From Burkholderiaceae bacterium (lineage in GTDB: Bacteria; Pseudomonadota; Gammaproteobacteria; Burkholderiales; Burkholderiaceae_A), in assembly GCA_040400125.1 (NCBI GenBank), contig JBBAQV010000001.1, positions 5,956 through 69,955 of the forward strand: a DNA stretch of 64,000 nucleotides. Direction: 5' to 3'. The position numbers were made by a program, and so were the translations under genes. Under the pieces are notes generated by a model. It was not told where the DNA came from, did not search any database, and saw only the letters and a program-made list of their open reading frames with translations. Of the stretch, positions 28,593 to 38,235 are shown piece by piece (positions within the stretch are counted from its first letter, which is position 1; every line of letters begins with the position of its first letter).

Positions 28593-29485
28593 AGTAGAGA
28601 CCTCAGTGCGAAGGCGCTGACCATCATGCCGGTGACGAAGATCGGCACACCAAACCCACTGTAGTAGAGCGCCCGCTTCGAGGGTTCGCGTAAAAACCAA
28701 CGCATCAGCACGATCTGCCCAAGAAGTAAGCCAGCGATGCCCAGCGCGAAGGGGAGTGCACCCCAGTGGATGAGCAGGCCAATGACCACCACCTGGGGAA
28801 GGGCCATGGTCCAGCAGGCCACTCGCGCAGCATTCAGTTCACCAAGCTGCACGGGCAAAGAGCGGATGCCCATCTGACGGTCGCCACGAACCGATTTAAA
28901 GTCGTTGAGGGTCATGATGCCGTGAGCCCCAACGCTGTAGAGCAAGGCGAGGACCATGGACTCGACCGAGGGCATGAGCCCGCCGGCCATCACGGCAGAG
29001 CCGGTAATCCAGGCAAGACCTTCATAGCTGATGCCGCAGGCCGCATTTCCCCACCAGCCGTTTTGTTTGAGTCGAACGGGGGGCATGCTGTAAGCCCAAG
29101 CCAGCAATAGGGCCAAAACCGTTGCGGTCAATCCCCAAGTTCCGAGGGCCGTGGCTAGAATCAAAGAGAGAAGTGTCCAGGCGAGGGCGATGAACAGTCC
29201 CCATTGACCCGGAATTCTTCCGCTTGGAATGGGGCGATTGGGCTCATTGATGGCGTCAACCTCGCGGTCGAACCAGTCGTTGACCGCCTGGCTGGTGGCG
29301 CAGACAAGAGGCCCGGTGAGCAAAAGCCCCAACAGAATGATGGACCATTGAGACCATATATCCATGCCTGAAGCTATGACACCGCAAGTGAACGCCCACA
29401 TTGGTGGAAACCAGGTGATCGGCTTCAAAAGCTCCGCCACGGCCGAAAGGTCAGGAAATAGGCGGGGCGACACGGATTGACTCAT
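28589..29485 (-). CDS. bchG: Bacteriochlorophyll synthase
   Basis: LLKPITWFPPMWAF, NDWFDREVDAINEPNRPIPSG, AHGIMTLNDFKS. Confidence 0.98.
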   Translation of the reverse strand: MSQSVSPRLFPDLSAVAELLKPITWFPPMWAFTCGVIASGMDIWSQWSIILLGLLLTGPLVCATSQAVNDWFDREVDAINEPNRPIPSGRIPGQWGLFIALAWTLLSLILATALGTWGLTATVLALLLAWAYSMPPVRLKQNGWWGNAACGISYEGLAWITGSAVMAGGLMPSVESMVLALLYSVGAHGIMTLNDFKSVRGDRQMGIRSLPVQLGELNAARVACWTMALPQVVVIGLLIHWGALPFALGIAGLLLGQIVLMRWFLREPSKRALYYSGFGVPIFVTGMMVSAFALRSLL

Positions 29486-29488
29486 CGA

Positions 29489-29532
29489 CCCATTTTCTTA
29501 TTGACACCAGTAACCGTCAACTAAAACTTACA
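29489..29532. promoter_or_regulatory. Degenerate tandem PpsR operators in the divergent bchG/crtI promoter
   Basis: Half-site ending TTGACA (29501-29506), an 8-bp spacer, then CGTCAACTAAAACTTACA (29515-29532). Confidence 0.7.
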
Positions 29533-29546
29533 CCTACAATGAACCC

Positions 29547-31073
29547 ATGAAAAGCCCTGTCACCATTCAACCCAAGCCCCACGCCGTGGTCATCGGAAGT
29601 GGTTTTGGCGGCCTGGCCGCGGCCATTCGCCTTGGTGCTAAGGGCTACCGGGTGACGGTTCTGGAAAAACTGGATGCCCCTGGCGGACGGGCCTATGTCC
29701 ATCGCCGGGGGGGCTACGTCTTCGACGCTGGCCCCACCATTGTGACGGCGCCCTTTTTGCTCGAGGAACTCTGGACCCTTTGCGGCAAGACCATGTCGGA
29801 CCATGTTGCGCTAAAGCTCATGGACCCTTTCTATCGAATTCGTTTCGATGACGGCAGCTGGTTCGACTATTCGGGTGACCCTGAAGCCATGCGTCAAGAG
29901 GTGGCCCGGTTCGCACCGGATGACCTCGAAGGCTATGAACGTTTTTTTCAAGAGGCCGAGCGTTGCTACAAGCTTGGATTTCTCGAGCTGTCTTCGGTGG
30001 CTTTTGATTCGGTGGGCGATCTGTTGGCGGCGATGCCATCAATGATCAAGATGAAGGCTTGGAAGAGCATCTATTCCTTGGTCGCCAAATACATTCGTCA
30101 TCCGAAGCTGCGCATGGTGTTTAGCTTTCATCCGCTGCTGATTGGTGGCAACCCCTTTTCAGTCACCTGCGTTTACTCCTTAATCAATTCGCTCGAGCGC
30201 CGGCATGGCGTGCACTGGGCCATGGGCGGGACCGGTGCCTTAATCAATGGCCTGGTTGATCTCATTCGTGATCAGGGCAACGAGGTTCGATGCAATGCAG
30301 AGGTTCGTCAGATTCAGGTGGCCGAAGGCCGCGCCACGGGCGTGACGCTTCAAAGCGGTGAGGCCATTTCGGCGGATATTGTGGTGTCGAACGCCGACAC
30401 GGCTTGGACCTACAAACATCTGGTCGCTGCCGAACACCGCAGGCACTGGACGGACCGAAAGATCGAGCGGATGAAATCATCCATGAGTCTTTTTGTCTGG
30501 TATTTCGGAACCAAGAAGCGGTACTCCGACATTCCCCATCACATGATCTTGATGGGGCCTCGTTATCAGGAGCTACTCACCGATATTTTCAAGCGGCATG
30601 TGCTCGCTGACGATTTCAGCCTTTATCTGCATCGGCCCAGCGCCTCAGACCCTTCCATGGCTCCCGAGGGGCACGACACCTTTTATGTGTTGTCGCCCGT
30701 TCCTCATCTTGAAAGCGGAGTGGACTGGAACGCGCATGCCGAGCCCTATCGAAGGGCGATTGCGAAGTACCTGCATGAGTCGATCATGCCGGGCTTTGAG
30801 GCCGAGGTGACCGAATCATTTGTCACCACACCCCTCGATTTTCAGAACCGGCTGCTGTCCTACCGGGGCGCCGCCTTCGGCCCAGAGCCGTTGCTGTTGC
30901 AGAGCGCCTGGTTTAGGCCGCACAACCGAAGCGAGGACATTGATGGGTTATTCATGGTGGGTGCAAGCACACACCCTGGCGCAGGAATTCCAGGAGTGAT
31001 CTCTTCTGCTAAGGCCTTGGAGTCCGTGGTGCCGGACCCTGCGGTTTTTCGCTCGAAGCTGAGCCATGTCTAA
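29547..31073 (+). CDS. crtI: Phytoene desaturase
   Basis: VIGSGFGGLAAAIRL, FDAGPT, QSAWFRPHN, GASTHPGAGIPGV. Confidence 0.97.
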   Translation: MKSPVTIQPKPHAVVIGSGFGGLAAAIRLGAKGYRVTVLEKLDAPGGRAYVHRRGGYVFDAGPTIVTAPFLLEELWTLCGKTMSDHVALKLMDPFYRIRFDDGSWFDYSGDPEAMRQEVARFAPDDLEGYERFFQEAERCYKLGFLELSSVAFDSVGDLLAAMPSMIKMKAWKSIYSLVAKYIRHPKLRMVFSFHPLLIGGNPFSVTCVYSLINSLERRHGVHWAMGGTGALINGLVDLIRDQGNEVRCNAEVRQIQVAEGRATGVTLQSGEAISADIVVSNADTAWTYKHLVAAEHRRHWTDRKIERMKSSMSLFVWYFGTKKRYSDIPHHMILMGPRYQELLTDIFKRHVLADDFSLYLHRPSASDPSMAPEGHDTFYVLSPVPHLESGVDWNAHAEPYRRAIAKYLHESIMPGFEAEVTESFVTTPLDFQNRLLSYRGAAFGPEPLLLQSAWFRPHNRSEDIDGLFMVGASTHPGAGIPGVISSAKALESVVPDPAVFRSKLSHV

Positions 31074-32130
31074 CCGAGACCGCGTCTCGATGGATCAGGT
31101 GCATCAGGTCTGTGAGCGACTGATGAAAACAGGATCCCATTCATTTTTCGCAGCCTCTCGAATTCTGCCAAAGCGATATCGATGCGCGGCCACGGCCATC
31201 TATGCCTTCTGCCGGGTGGCCGACGACGCGGTGGATGAAATGCCAGAGGGTGCCTCTCTCGATGTTGTGATGGCCTATCTTCATGAGCGTCTGGATGCCA
31301 TCTATCGCCATGAGTGCTTCGGCATTGATGCTGACATTGCCTTCGCCGGCACAGTTCACGAATACGGTATTCCCAAAGCGCTTCCAGCCGCTCTTCTTGA
31401 AGGTTTTCAGTGGGACTCAAGTGGCCGTCGATACCAGACGATTCATGAGCTGCATGATTATTCGGCCCGTGTGGCGGGCACGGTTGGCGCCATGATGACG
31501 TTGGTCATGGGTGGGCGTTCAACAGCGACGGTGGCGCGTGCCTGTGAACTTGGCGTGGCCATGCAGCTCACCAATATTGCACGCGATGTGGGCGAAGATG
31601 CGCGTCGTGGCCGAATCTATCTTCCTTTGGACTGGTGCCATGAGGAAGGGCTGGATGTGGATGCCTTTTTGGCGAATCCAAATCATTCACCGGCGCTGGG
31701 CCGTGTGGTGGCGCGTCTATTGAGGGTGGCCGATCAGTTGTATCAGCGTGCCGAGACCGGCATTGCTGCGCTTCCACGAGACTGCCGAGCCTCGATCATG
31801 GCCGCGCGTTTGATCTACGCCGACATCGGTCGTGTGATCCGTCGCAAGGGTTTTGATTCGGTCAGCCAAAGGGCGGTGGTGTCGGCACCCAGAAAAAGTT
31901 TTCTTCTGGCGCGGGCCATTGGTAGTTATCTGGTGGCGCCCCAAAAGGACTATCTCTTAAAGCCTTTGCCTGAGATTGAGTTTCTGGTGACGGCGGTACC
32001 CCCGGGCGATTCGGTCGATTCAAGACAGGGCGAACCAGGCACGCTCTACCCCATTGTCACCATGCTGGAACGCATCGGACATCTGGAGCGCGAGCGTCGC
32101 GCGGAAAAAAATTTAAGGTCGAACGGTTAG
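31066..32130 (+). CDS. crtB: Phytoene synthase
   Basis: YAFCRVADDAVD, RVAGTVG, AMQLTNIARDVGEDA..GRIYLP. Confidence 0.97.
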   Translation: MSNRDRVSMDQVHQVCERLMKTGSHSFFAASRILPKRYRCAATAIYAFCRVADDAVDEMPEGASLDVVMAYLHERLDAIYRHECFGIDADIAFAGTVHEYGIPKALPAALLEGFQWDSSGRRYQTIHELHDYSARVAGTVGAMMTLVMGGRSTATVARACELGVAMQLTNIARDVGEDARRGRIYLPLDWCHEEGLDVDAFLANPNHSPALGRVVARLLRVADQLYQRAETGIAALPRDCRASIMAARLIYADIGRVIRRKGFDSVSQRAVVSAPRKSFLLARAIGSYLVAPQKDYLLKPLPEIEFLVTAVPPGDSVDSRQGEPGTLYPIVTMLERIGHLERERRAEKNLRSNG

Positions 32131-32142
32131 CCGCGGGGTGGT

Positions 32143-33513
32143 TTAACCCTGGCGAAGCCAGAACCCGACCTGGTTCATCTCACTGAGTTTCCATACTCTG
32201 GCGATGACATCCTTCATTTCTGCCTCATCCACCCACTGGCTATAGGCAGCAAGCCGCAAGGCTTTCAGGGTGAGTTCATCGCGTGACAGCGTGTTGCCCG
32301 GGTCTCCCTTGGGTTCGTCAACGCGGGTGTGAAATTCACGACCATCGTGGGTGGTGACGGTCACTTTTCCAATCCATCGCTTTGGATAGGCGCCATCCAC
32401 TTCGGGGTCGAGTGTCATGCTGACGCGGCTGCGGAAGGCCTCAATATCCGCGTCCTGAAAGTGCTGCTCGAACTCGGTGAGCCCAGCGAACTGGAACTTG
32501 GCCACCAGCCCAAGCACCGTGCCCATCGAGAATTTCGATTGATGCACCGTCTGGGGATTCACCACCGGACCAAGAACATCCATCGCACCCTGATGCACAT
32601 GGGTCACCACCTTCGCAATGTCTTGCATGGCCAGTTGATGGTCGGCCATGGTTTTTAAAAGGGCATCGGCTGCGGGATGAGTGTGACGGCAAGAGGCGTG
32701 ATACTTGAAGGACGTTTCCGCAGTGGCCCAGCGGCTGCCGAGTTGATCGGTGAGCGCGTCCAAATTGGCGTCTTTGGACATGCCCTTGGCCATGCCTTGA
32801 AGCCCTTCAAGAATCTTGGCGGCACCCGTGAAGCCGTCTTTGGCCAGCATGGCAGCGGCCAGCCCAGCGCCCGAGGCATGCGCGGTATGCAGCTGCTTGG
32901 AGTCGGCGGCATCGCGAAGGAATTCCCACAAACCGGCCGCCTGCGTTCCGGCGGAACCCAAGGCATGGTTCATTTGCGTTGGGTTTAGTTTCAGAAGATG
33001 CCCAACGGCTGCTGCTGCGGCGAGCGTGCCCACTGTGCCGGTCGTGTGAAAGATGGTGTAGTGCGAGCGACCAAGGAATTCGCCCACACGAATACCGACT
33101 TCGTAACCAGCCACCGAAGCAGCGAGAAGATCTTTGCCGGAGGCACCGATGGCCTGAGCCACGGCCAAGGCTGGCGGAAAGACCACCGTGGCGGGATGAA
33201 GCACCGAACTGTTGTGGAGGTCGTCTTGTTCAACCACATGGGATGCCGCGGCATTGGCCATGGCGGCCAGGTAGGGGCTGTTGCCAAGACGCTCGCCGAT
33301 CACCTCGCTGGGCCCGCCGCTGGCCACGCCTTGTGCACGACAGAATTTGGTCAGGCTCACCACGGCCCGGGCATTGCGGCCTGCAATGGCCGAGGCAATC
33401 CAATCCAGGAAAAGATCTTCGGTGCGACGAATCACCGGTTGTGGAATGTCAGAGAACTGAAGGTGGCTGGCAAATTCAGCCAGAGCGGCAGTGGAGGGTG
33501 GTGATTGGGCCAT
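32143..33513 (-). CDS. MmgE/PrpD family protein
   Basis: EQDDLH...HP, FHTTGTVG, SFKYHASCRHTHP, PKGDPGN. Confidence 0.92.
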   Translation of the reverse strand: MAQSPPSTAALAEFASHLQFSDIPQPVIRRTEDLFLDWIASAIAGRNARAVVSLTKFCRAQGVASGGPSEVIGERLGNSPYLAAMANAAASHVVEQDDLHNSSVLHPATVVFPPALAVAQAIGASGKDLLAASVAGYEVGIRVGEFLGRSHYTIFHTTGTVGTLAAAAAVGHLLKLNPTQMNHALGSAGTQAAGLWEFLRDAADSKQLHTAHASGAGLAAAMLAKDGFTGAAKILEGLQGMAKGMSKDANLDALTDQLGSRWATAETSFKYHASCRHTHPAADALLKTMADHQLAMQDIAKVVTHVHQGAMDVLGPVVNPQTVHQSKFSMGTVLGLVAKFQFAGLTEFEQHFQDADIEAFRSRVSMTLDPEVDGAYPKRWIGKVTVTTHDGREFHTRVDEPKGDPGNTLSRDELTLKALRLAAYSQWVDEAEMKDVIARVWKLSEMNQVGFWLRQG

Positions 33514-33555
33514 GTTCAGGGTGACTTGATGTTCGAGGGGGTTGAATGTCTGTGA

Positions 33556-33597
33556 CTTAAGTGAGGTAGCTCAAGTGAGATGGCTTAAATGAGGTGG
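33556..33597. repeat. Imperfect 14-bp tandem repeat x3, intergenic
   Basis: CTTAAGTGAGGTAG / CTCAAGTGAGATGG / CTTAAATGAGGTGG. Confidence 0.85.
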
Positions 33598-33604
33598 CCT
33601 CGAA

Positions 33605-34774
33605 TTAGAAGGAGCGAGGAAGCCCAAGCACGTGCTCAGCCACATAGGAATAAATCAGGTTGGTGGAAATGGGCGCCACCTGATAAAGACGTGTCTCGCG
33701 GAATTTGCGCTCAACGTCATATTCGCAAGCGAAACCAAAGCCACCATGGGTCTGCAGGCAGACATTGGCCGCTTCGAACGAGGCCTTGGCCGCCAGATAC
33801 TTTGCCATGTTCGCCTGTGGCCCACACGGCAGGCCCGCATCAAAGAGACGGCAGGCCTCAAAGCGCATCAGATTGGCCGCTTCGGTTTCAATGTAGGCAT
33901 CGGCAATCGGGAACTGAATGCCCTGGTTTTTGCCAATCGGCCGATCAAACACCACGCGTTCGTTCGCGTAACGACGCGCCTTGTCGACAAGCCAGTAGGC
34001 GTCACCAATGCATTCCGCAGCAATGAGAACACGCTCGGCGTTCAGGCCATCCAGGATGTATTTGAACCCTTGGCCTTCTTGGCCAATGAGGTTTTCAGCA
34101 GGAATTTCAAGGTTGTCAAAGAAGACTTCATTGGTTTCATGGTTGACCATGTTCATGATGGGGCGGACTGTCATGCCGCTCTGCATGGCCTGCTTGATAT
34201 CCACCATAAAGATGGACATGCCTTCGGATTTCTTGGTGACCTCGGCTAGCGGCGTGGTGCGTGCAAGCAGGATCATCCAGTCGGAATGCTGGATGCGAGA
34301 AATCCAGACTTTCTGCCCGTTCACAACATAACGGTCCCCTTTGCGGACGGCCGTGGTTTTGAGTTTCGTGGTGTCGGTGCCTGTGGTGGGTTCGGTCACC
34401 GCCATGGATTGAAGCCGCCACTCGCCGGAAGCGATCTTCGGGAGATAAAACTCTTTCTGCTCTTTGGAGCCATGCCGAAGCAGAGTGCCCATGTTGTACA
34501 TCTGTCCGTGGCACGAACCCGCATTACCCCCCGAAAGATTGATTTCTTCCATGATGACCGAGGCCTCGGCAAGCCCCAGACCTGAACCACCGTATTCCGT
34601 GGGGATGAGTGCCGCCAGCCAACCCGCCTCGGTCAGTGCGTTGACGAAGGCTTCGGGATAGCCGCGTGCCTCGTCCACTTTCTGCCAATAGGCTGAATCA
34701 AATTGGCGGCAGAGATCACGAAGGGCTTCACGGATTTCTTGGTATTGGTCGGGGGTTGGGATGTCGGTTTTCAT
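33605..34774 (-). CDS. Acyl-CoA dehydrogenase family flavoprotein
   Basis: SMAVTEPTTGTDT, NGQKVWIS, QTHGGFGFACEYDVERKFRETRLYQVAPIS. Confidence 0.93.
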   Translation of the reverse strand: MKTDIPTPDQYQEIREALRDLCRQFDSAYWQKVDEARGYPEAFVNALTEAGWLAALIPTEYGGSGLGLAEASVIMEEINLSGGNAGSCHGQMYNMGTLLRHGSKEQKEFYLPKIASGEWRLQSMAVTEPTTGTDTTKLKTTAVRKGDRYVVNGQKVWISRIQHSDWMILLARTTPLAEVTKKSEGMSIFMVDIKQAMQSGMTVRPIMNMVNHETNEVFFDNLEIPAENLIGQEGQGFKYILDGLNAERVLIAAECIGDAYWLVDKARRYANERVVFDRPIGKNQGIQFPIADAYIETEAANLMRFEACRLFDAGLPCGPQANMAKYLAAKASFEAANVCLQTHGGFGFACEYDVERKFRETRLYQVAPISTNLIYSYVAEHVLGLPRSF

Positions 34775-34853
34775 GAAAGGAAAATTACAAAGATCAACAA
34801 TTAAGAAGGTGATAAAGCGCGCGTTAACGCCATGGCGAAATTATCTCCGAAAT

Positions 34854-34891
34854 CAAAAGACCCCAAGTAATACTTCACTTGGGGTCTTTTG
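34854..34891 (-). terminator. Rho-independent terminator after the TRAP permease gene (possibly bidirectional)
   Basis: CAAAAGACCCCAAGT-N8-ACTTGGGGTCTTTTG, a perfect 15-bp inverted repeat. Confidence 0.85.
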
Positions 34892-34911
34892 CGGTCAGGT
34901 CTTCCCGTCGG

Positions 34912-37044
34912 TTACGTTAGGGCGTTCGAGCGTTTCAACCGAATTCGTTGAACGATATAGATCGAGCTTCCCACGACAATTCCGACGAGGTCGGTGATGG
35001 TTTCTGGAACAATCAAACAGAGCGCGGCAAAGAAGAGTACGACTCTAAGCGGCAAGGCCAGCTTACCCCCAAACCAGCCCTCAGTTGAGCCCGCAAGGAA
35101 CCAAACCCCAATCGCGGCCGTCACAAAGGCCTGCAGGATGTCGGCGGGGTCACCCTTCATCAGGAGCACTGGGCTGTAGAAGAACATGAATGGGATAAGA
35201 AAGGTGGCGAGCCCCATTTTTAGTGCTGCGGTTGATGTCTTCCAGGGGTCGGCATTACACATACCCGCCGCCGCAAACGATGCAAGGGCAACAGGTGGCG
35301 TGATTGCGGAAATCACTGCAAAGTAAAAAATGAACATGTGAGCCACCAGCGGCTCGATGCCGATTTTCGATAGCCCCGGAGCCAGAACAGCCGCACCAAT
35401 TGCGTAGGCTGCTGTCGTGGGCATACCCATTCCCAGAATGAGCGCGACAATCGCGGCAAAGAACATCGCGAGCAGCTGGCTGGCACCTGCGATTCCCAGA
35501 ATCATTTCTGAGAATCGACCACCGATACCTGTGAGCGCCACCACGCCAACAATGATTCCTGCGCAACCGCAAACCGCCACCAGCTGAATGGTGTCTCGGG
35601 CGGCGAGGTTGAGGCCCTCAATGGTTTTCTTCCAGCCAAAGAGAAAAGTGAGCGCCAAGATGACGGCCAGACCGATGACAAGGCCTGACCAGCTACCCAG
35701 CACGCCTTTGCCCAACTCTGGGCCATACCCGATGATTGCTGCTGCCAAGCCGCCAATCGCGACCAGCGAAACGACACGGGTAAGCAACGCGCGCGCAAAC
35801 TGAACTGTCGGTGTGACCTTGGCACCTGTGCCGTCATCAAGGTCTCCGAATCGGATCGCAAGCCAGCCCACAATCAGTGCGGCAAGAATTCCAAGCCCGC
35901 CGGCACGAAATGGCGAGTAGCCCTCCATCAAGGCCCAGATCAAGATCAGGATGGGGGAGAACAGGTAGATCCGCTTCAGCATCTCTTTAATCGGCGGAAG
36001 TTCATCACGCCGAAGACCTCGGAGGCCAAGACGAATCGCGTGGAGGTCAACGTGAATCCAGCAGGCGATGTAAAAAAGGATGGCCGGAATGACTGCCGCC
36101 AGTGCAATTTCGGTGTACGGAATGCCGGTAATTTCAGCCATGAGAAAGGCGCCCGCTCCAAGCACTGGGGGTGTGATCTGCCCGCCGGTAGACGAGGTTG
36201 CTTCGATGGCCGCGGCGGTTGGACGGTCGTAGCCGACCTTCCGCATCATTGGAATGGTCACCATTCCCGATGCGACAACGTTGGCCACCGCCGAGCCTGA
36301 GATGGATCCGAAAAGGACCCCCGACGCGACAGCCGCCTTTGCTGGACCACCCCGGGCCCAGCCGAAAAGAGAATTGCATAGGTCGTTGATGTAGTCACCA
36401 ACTTTGGAAACCTGCAGGAAGGCTGCGAAGCATACAAACAGAATGATGTAGGAAGACGATACCTGTGTGGTGACACCGAAAATACCGTACTCACTGTAGA
36501 TGTAGGTGAAAAAGCGATCCATCGCAAAGCCACGGTGATTCAAGACGCCGGGCATCCATGGGCCGACAAACGAATAAACAATAAAAACGGCACAGATAAT
36601 GGGTAACGCAAGCCCAGACGATCGCCTTCCAAACTCAAGAAGAACCAGAGTCCCAATCACCCCAGTGAGAACATCGCCCGGCGTGAACTGGGCTCCCGCA
36701 CGAAAGAGCAGCCCGTCTATTTCGATCGTGATGTAGATCGCACAGGCAAGCGATGCAATGACCAATAGCCAGTCGTACCAGGGGACTCCATCTTGCCGGG
36801 CCTTTTTCCCTGCCGCATAGATCATGAAGCCAATGGCACCCCCCCAGCCCACATGGATGGCTCTGAACATCAGGGGCTCAAGCGAGTAAACGTTCAGAAC
36901 ATAGAGGTGAAAGACGGTGAACGTGACGCAAAGGAATGCCAAGAGAACGGCCTCCCAGCCGACCAATTTGCGCTTGTTGCCCCCGAATTCTTCCTCAGCC
37001 ATCGGTGGCTTAATCATCTCTTCAGTGGTGGGTGTGGGTGTCAT
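34912..37044 (-). CDS. TAXI-TRAP transporter fused (4TM/12TM) permease
   Basis: GGPAKAAV, GSISGSAVANV, STGGQITPPVLGAGAF, LGMGMPTTAAY, ITPPVALA. Confidence 0.94.
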   Translation of the reverse strand: MTPTPTTEEMIKPPMAEEEFGGNKRKLVGWEAVLLAFLCVTFTVFHLYVLNVYSLEPLMFRAIHVGWGGAIGFMIYAAGKKARQDGVPWYDWLLVIASLACAIYITIEIDGLLFRAGAQFTPGDVLTGVIGTLVLLEFGRRSSGLALPIICAVFIVYSFVGPWMPGVLNHRGFAMDRFFTYIYSEYGIFGVTTQVSSSYIILFVCFAAFLQVSKVGDYINDLCNSLFGWARGGPAKAAVASGVLFGSISGSAVANVVASGMVTIPMMRKVGYDRPTAAAIEATSSTGGQITPPVLGAGAFLMAEITGIPYTEIALAAVIPAILFYIACWIHVDLHAIRLGLRGLRRDELPPIKEMLKRIYLFSPILILIWALMEGYSPFRAGGLGILAALIVGWLAIRFGDLDDGTGAKVTPTVQFARALLTRVVSLVAIGGLAAAIIGYGPELGKGVLGSWSGLVIGLAVILALTFLFGWKKTIEGLNLAARDTIQLVAVCGCAGIIVGVVALTGIGGRFSEMILGIAGASQLLAMFFAAIVALILGMGMPTTAAYAIGAAVLAPGLSKIGIEPLVAHMFIFYFAVISAITPPVALASFAAAGMCNADPWKTSTAALKMGLATFLIPFMFFYSPVLLMKGDPADILQAFVTAAIGVWFLAGSTEGWFGGKLALPLRVVLFFAALCLIVPETITDLVGIVVGSSIYIVQRIRLKRSNALT

Positions 37045-37062
37045 TGTTTAACCTTCTTTTAT

Positions 37063-37096
37063 AAAAAAACCGCACCCCATTTTCACGAGGTGCGGT
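37063..37096 (-). terminator. Terminator/attenuator hairpin between the TAXI receptor and permease genes
   Basis: Minus strand ACCGCACCTC...GGGGTGCGGT followed by a T-run. Confidence 0.8.
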
Positions 37097-37117
37097 CTTG
37101 AGTCGATGCTTCTGTAC

Positions 37118-38122
37118 TTAGCCTTTGTACTCGGGCGGAATCAGATTCTTGGGAACATTGATCTTCTTTTCCTTGAAGTAGCGGATCGCGCCGGGGTGGA
37201 AAGGAAGGAAGGTGTTCTTGTTCCAGTTCTGAAGGACTGTTTCTTTTCCGGCAGCATGACCTTTGACCAGCTGGGGATTGTTCTCCATCACGGCTTTGAC
37301 CACGGCATAGACGAGATCCTCAGGAACGTCTTTGTTGGCGATTGCAAAGTTGAAGAGGCCCACGGTCTTGTGATCCTGGGTCAGCTGCTTGTAGGTGCCC
37401 TTGGGAATGACCGAATCAGACAGTTCAGGCATCGCAGCCTTGATTTTCTTCAACTCGGCATCTGAGAATGTCAGGTAACGAACCTTGGTCGTGTTCTCAA
37501 GTTCAGAATAGGCTGCGATAGGCAGGCCTGCGCAGAAGGGGAACGCATCAATGAGGCCATCCTGGAGGTTGGCGGCCATGTCAGACGCCTGACCGTTACG
37601 TACCGTGACATCCAGACCGATTGCCTGAAACATCAAGGGGAAGTAAGTTCCGCAGGTGCCGGCACGTGGGCCAACGCCAACCTTCTTGCCCGCGAGTTCC
37701 TTCACGGACTTGATGTTCGACTTTTCCAGGGTGACAAAGTGGAAGGGGGTGTCATACATCGGGAAAATTGCCCGAATGTTGTTGAACTTCTGTCCCTTGG
37801 TCCACTCGCCTTCGCCTTTCCATGCCTGGAGAGCAACACCCATGGTGGCCATACCGAAATCGATCTGCTTGGAATCAGCAAGGATGATGTTCTGGTTGGG
37901 GCCTTGGGTCTGCTGAGTGCTGATGTTCGTGCCGATTTTTTCGTTCACGAGCGACGCCCAAACCTGGCCGTAAACGAAGTAGGTGCCACCGACGGAAGCG
38001 GTTCCAAGCGTCAGGTTAGCGGGCCACTTGGGATTGGGTTTGGCCTGCGCATAGACGCTACCGGCAAGCGCCAGACCGGTCATGGCTGCAACGGCCAGTT
38101 TTGAGAATTTAGAAAACTTCAT
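37118..38122 (-). CDS. TAXI family TRAP solute-binding protein
   Basis: Signal peptide, GTASVGGTYF, PFHPGAIRYFKE. Confidence 0.94.
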   Translation of the reverse strand: MKFSKFSKLAVAAMTGLALAGSVYAQAKPNPKWPANLTLGTASVGGTYFVYGQVWASLVNEKIGTNISTQQTQGPNQNIILADSKQIDFGMATMGVALQAWKGEGEWTKGQKFNNIRAIFPMYDTPFHFVTLEKSNIKSVKELAGKKVGVGPRAGTCGTYFPLMFQAIGLDVTVRNGQASDMAANLQDGLIDAFPFCAGLPIAAYSELENTTKVRYLTFSDAELKKIKAAMPELSDSVIPKGTYKQLTQDHKTVGLFNFAIANKDVPEDLVYAVVKAVMENNPQLVKGHAAGKETVLQNWNKNTFLPFHPGAIRYFKEKKINVPKNLIPPEYKG

Positions 38123-38235
38123 GAATGAACATCCTCCTTGAATAATGAGTTTTCAACCTTAGCATGCGGTGCTTTGGAGGGTATGAGGTAAACCCCTTAC
38201 CCCTCTAATACGGATGACTGGCCTCGCTGCCCCCT

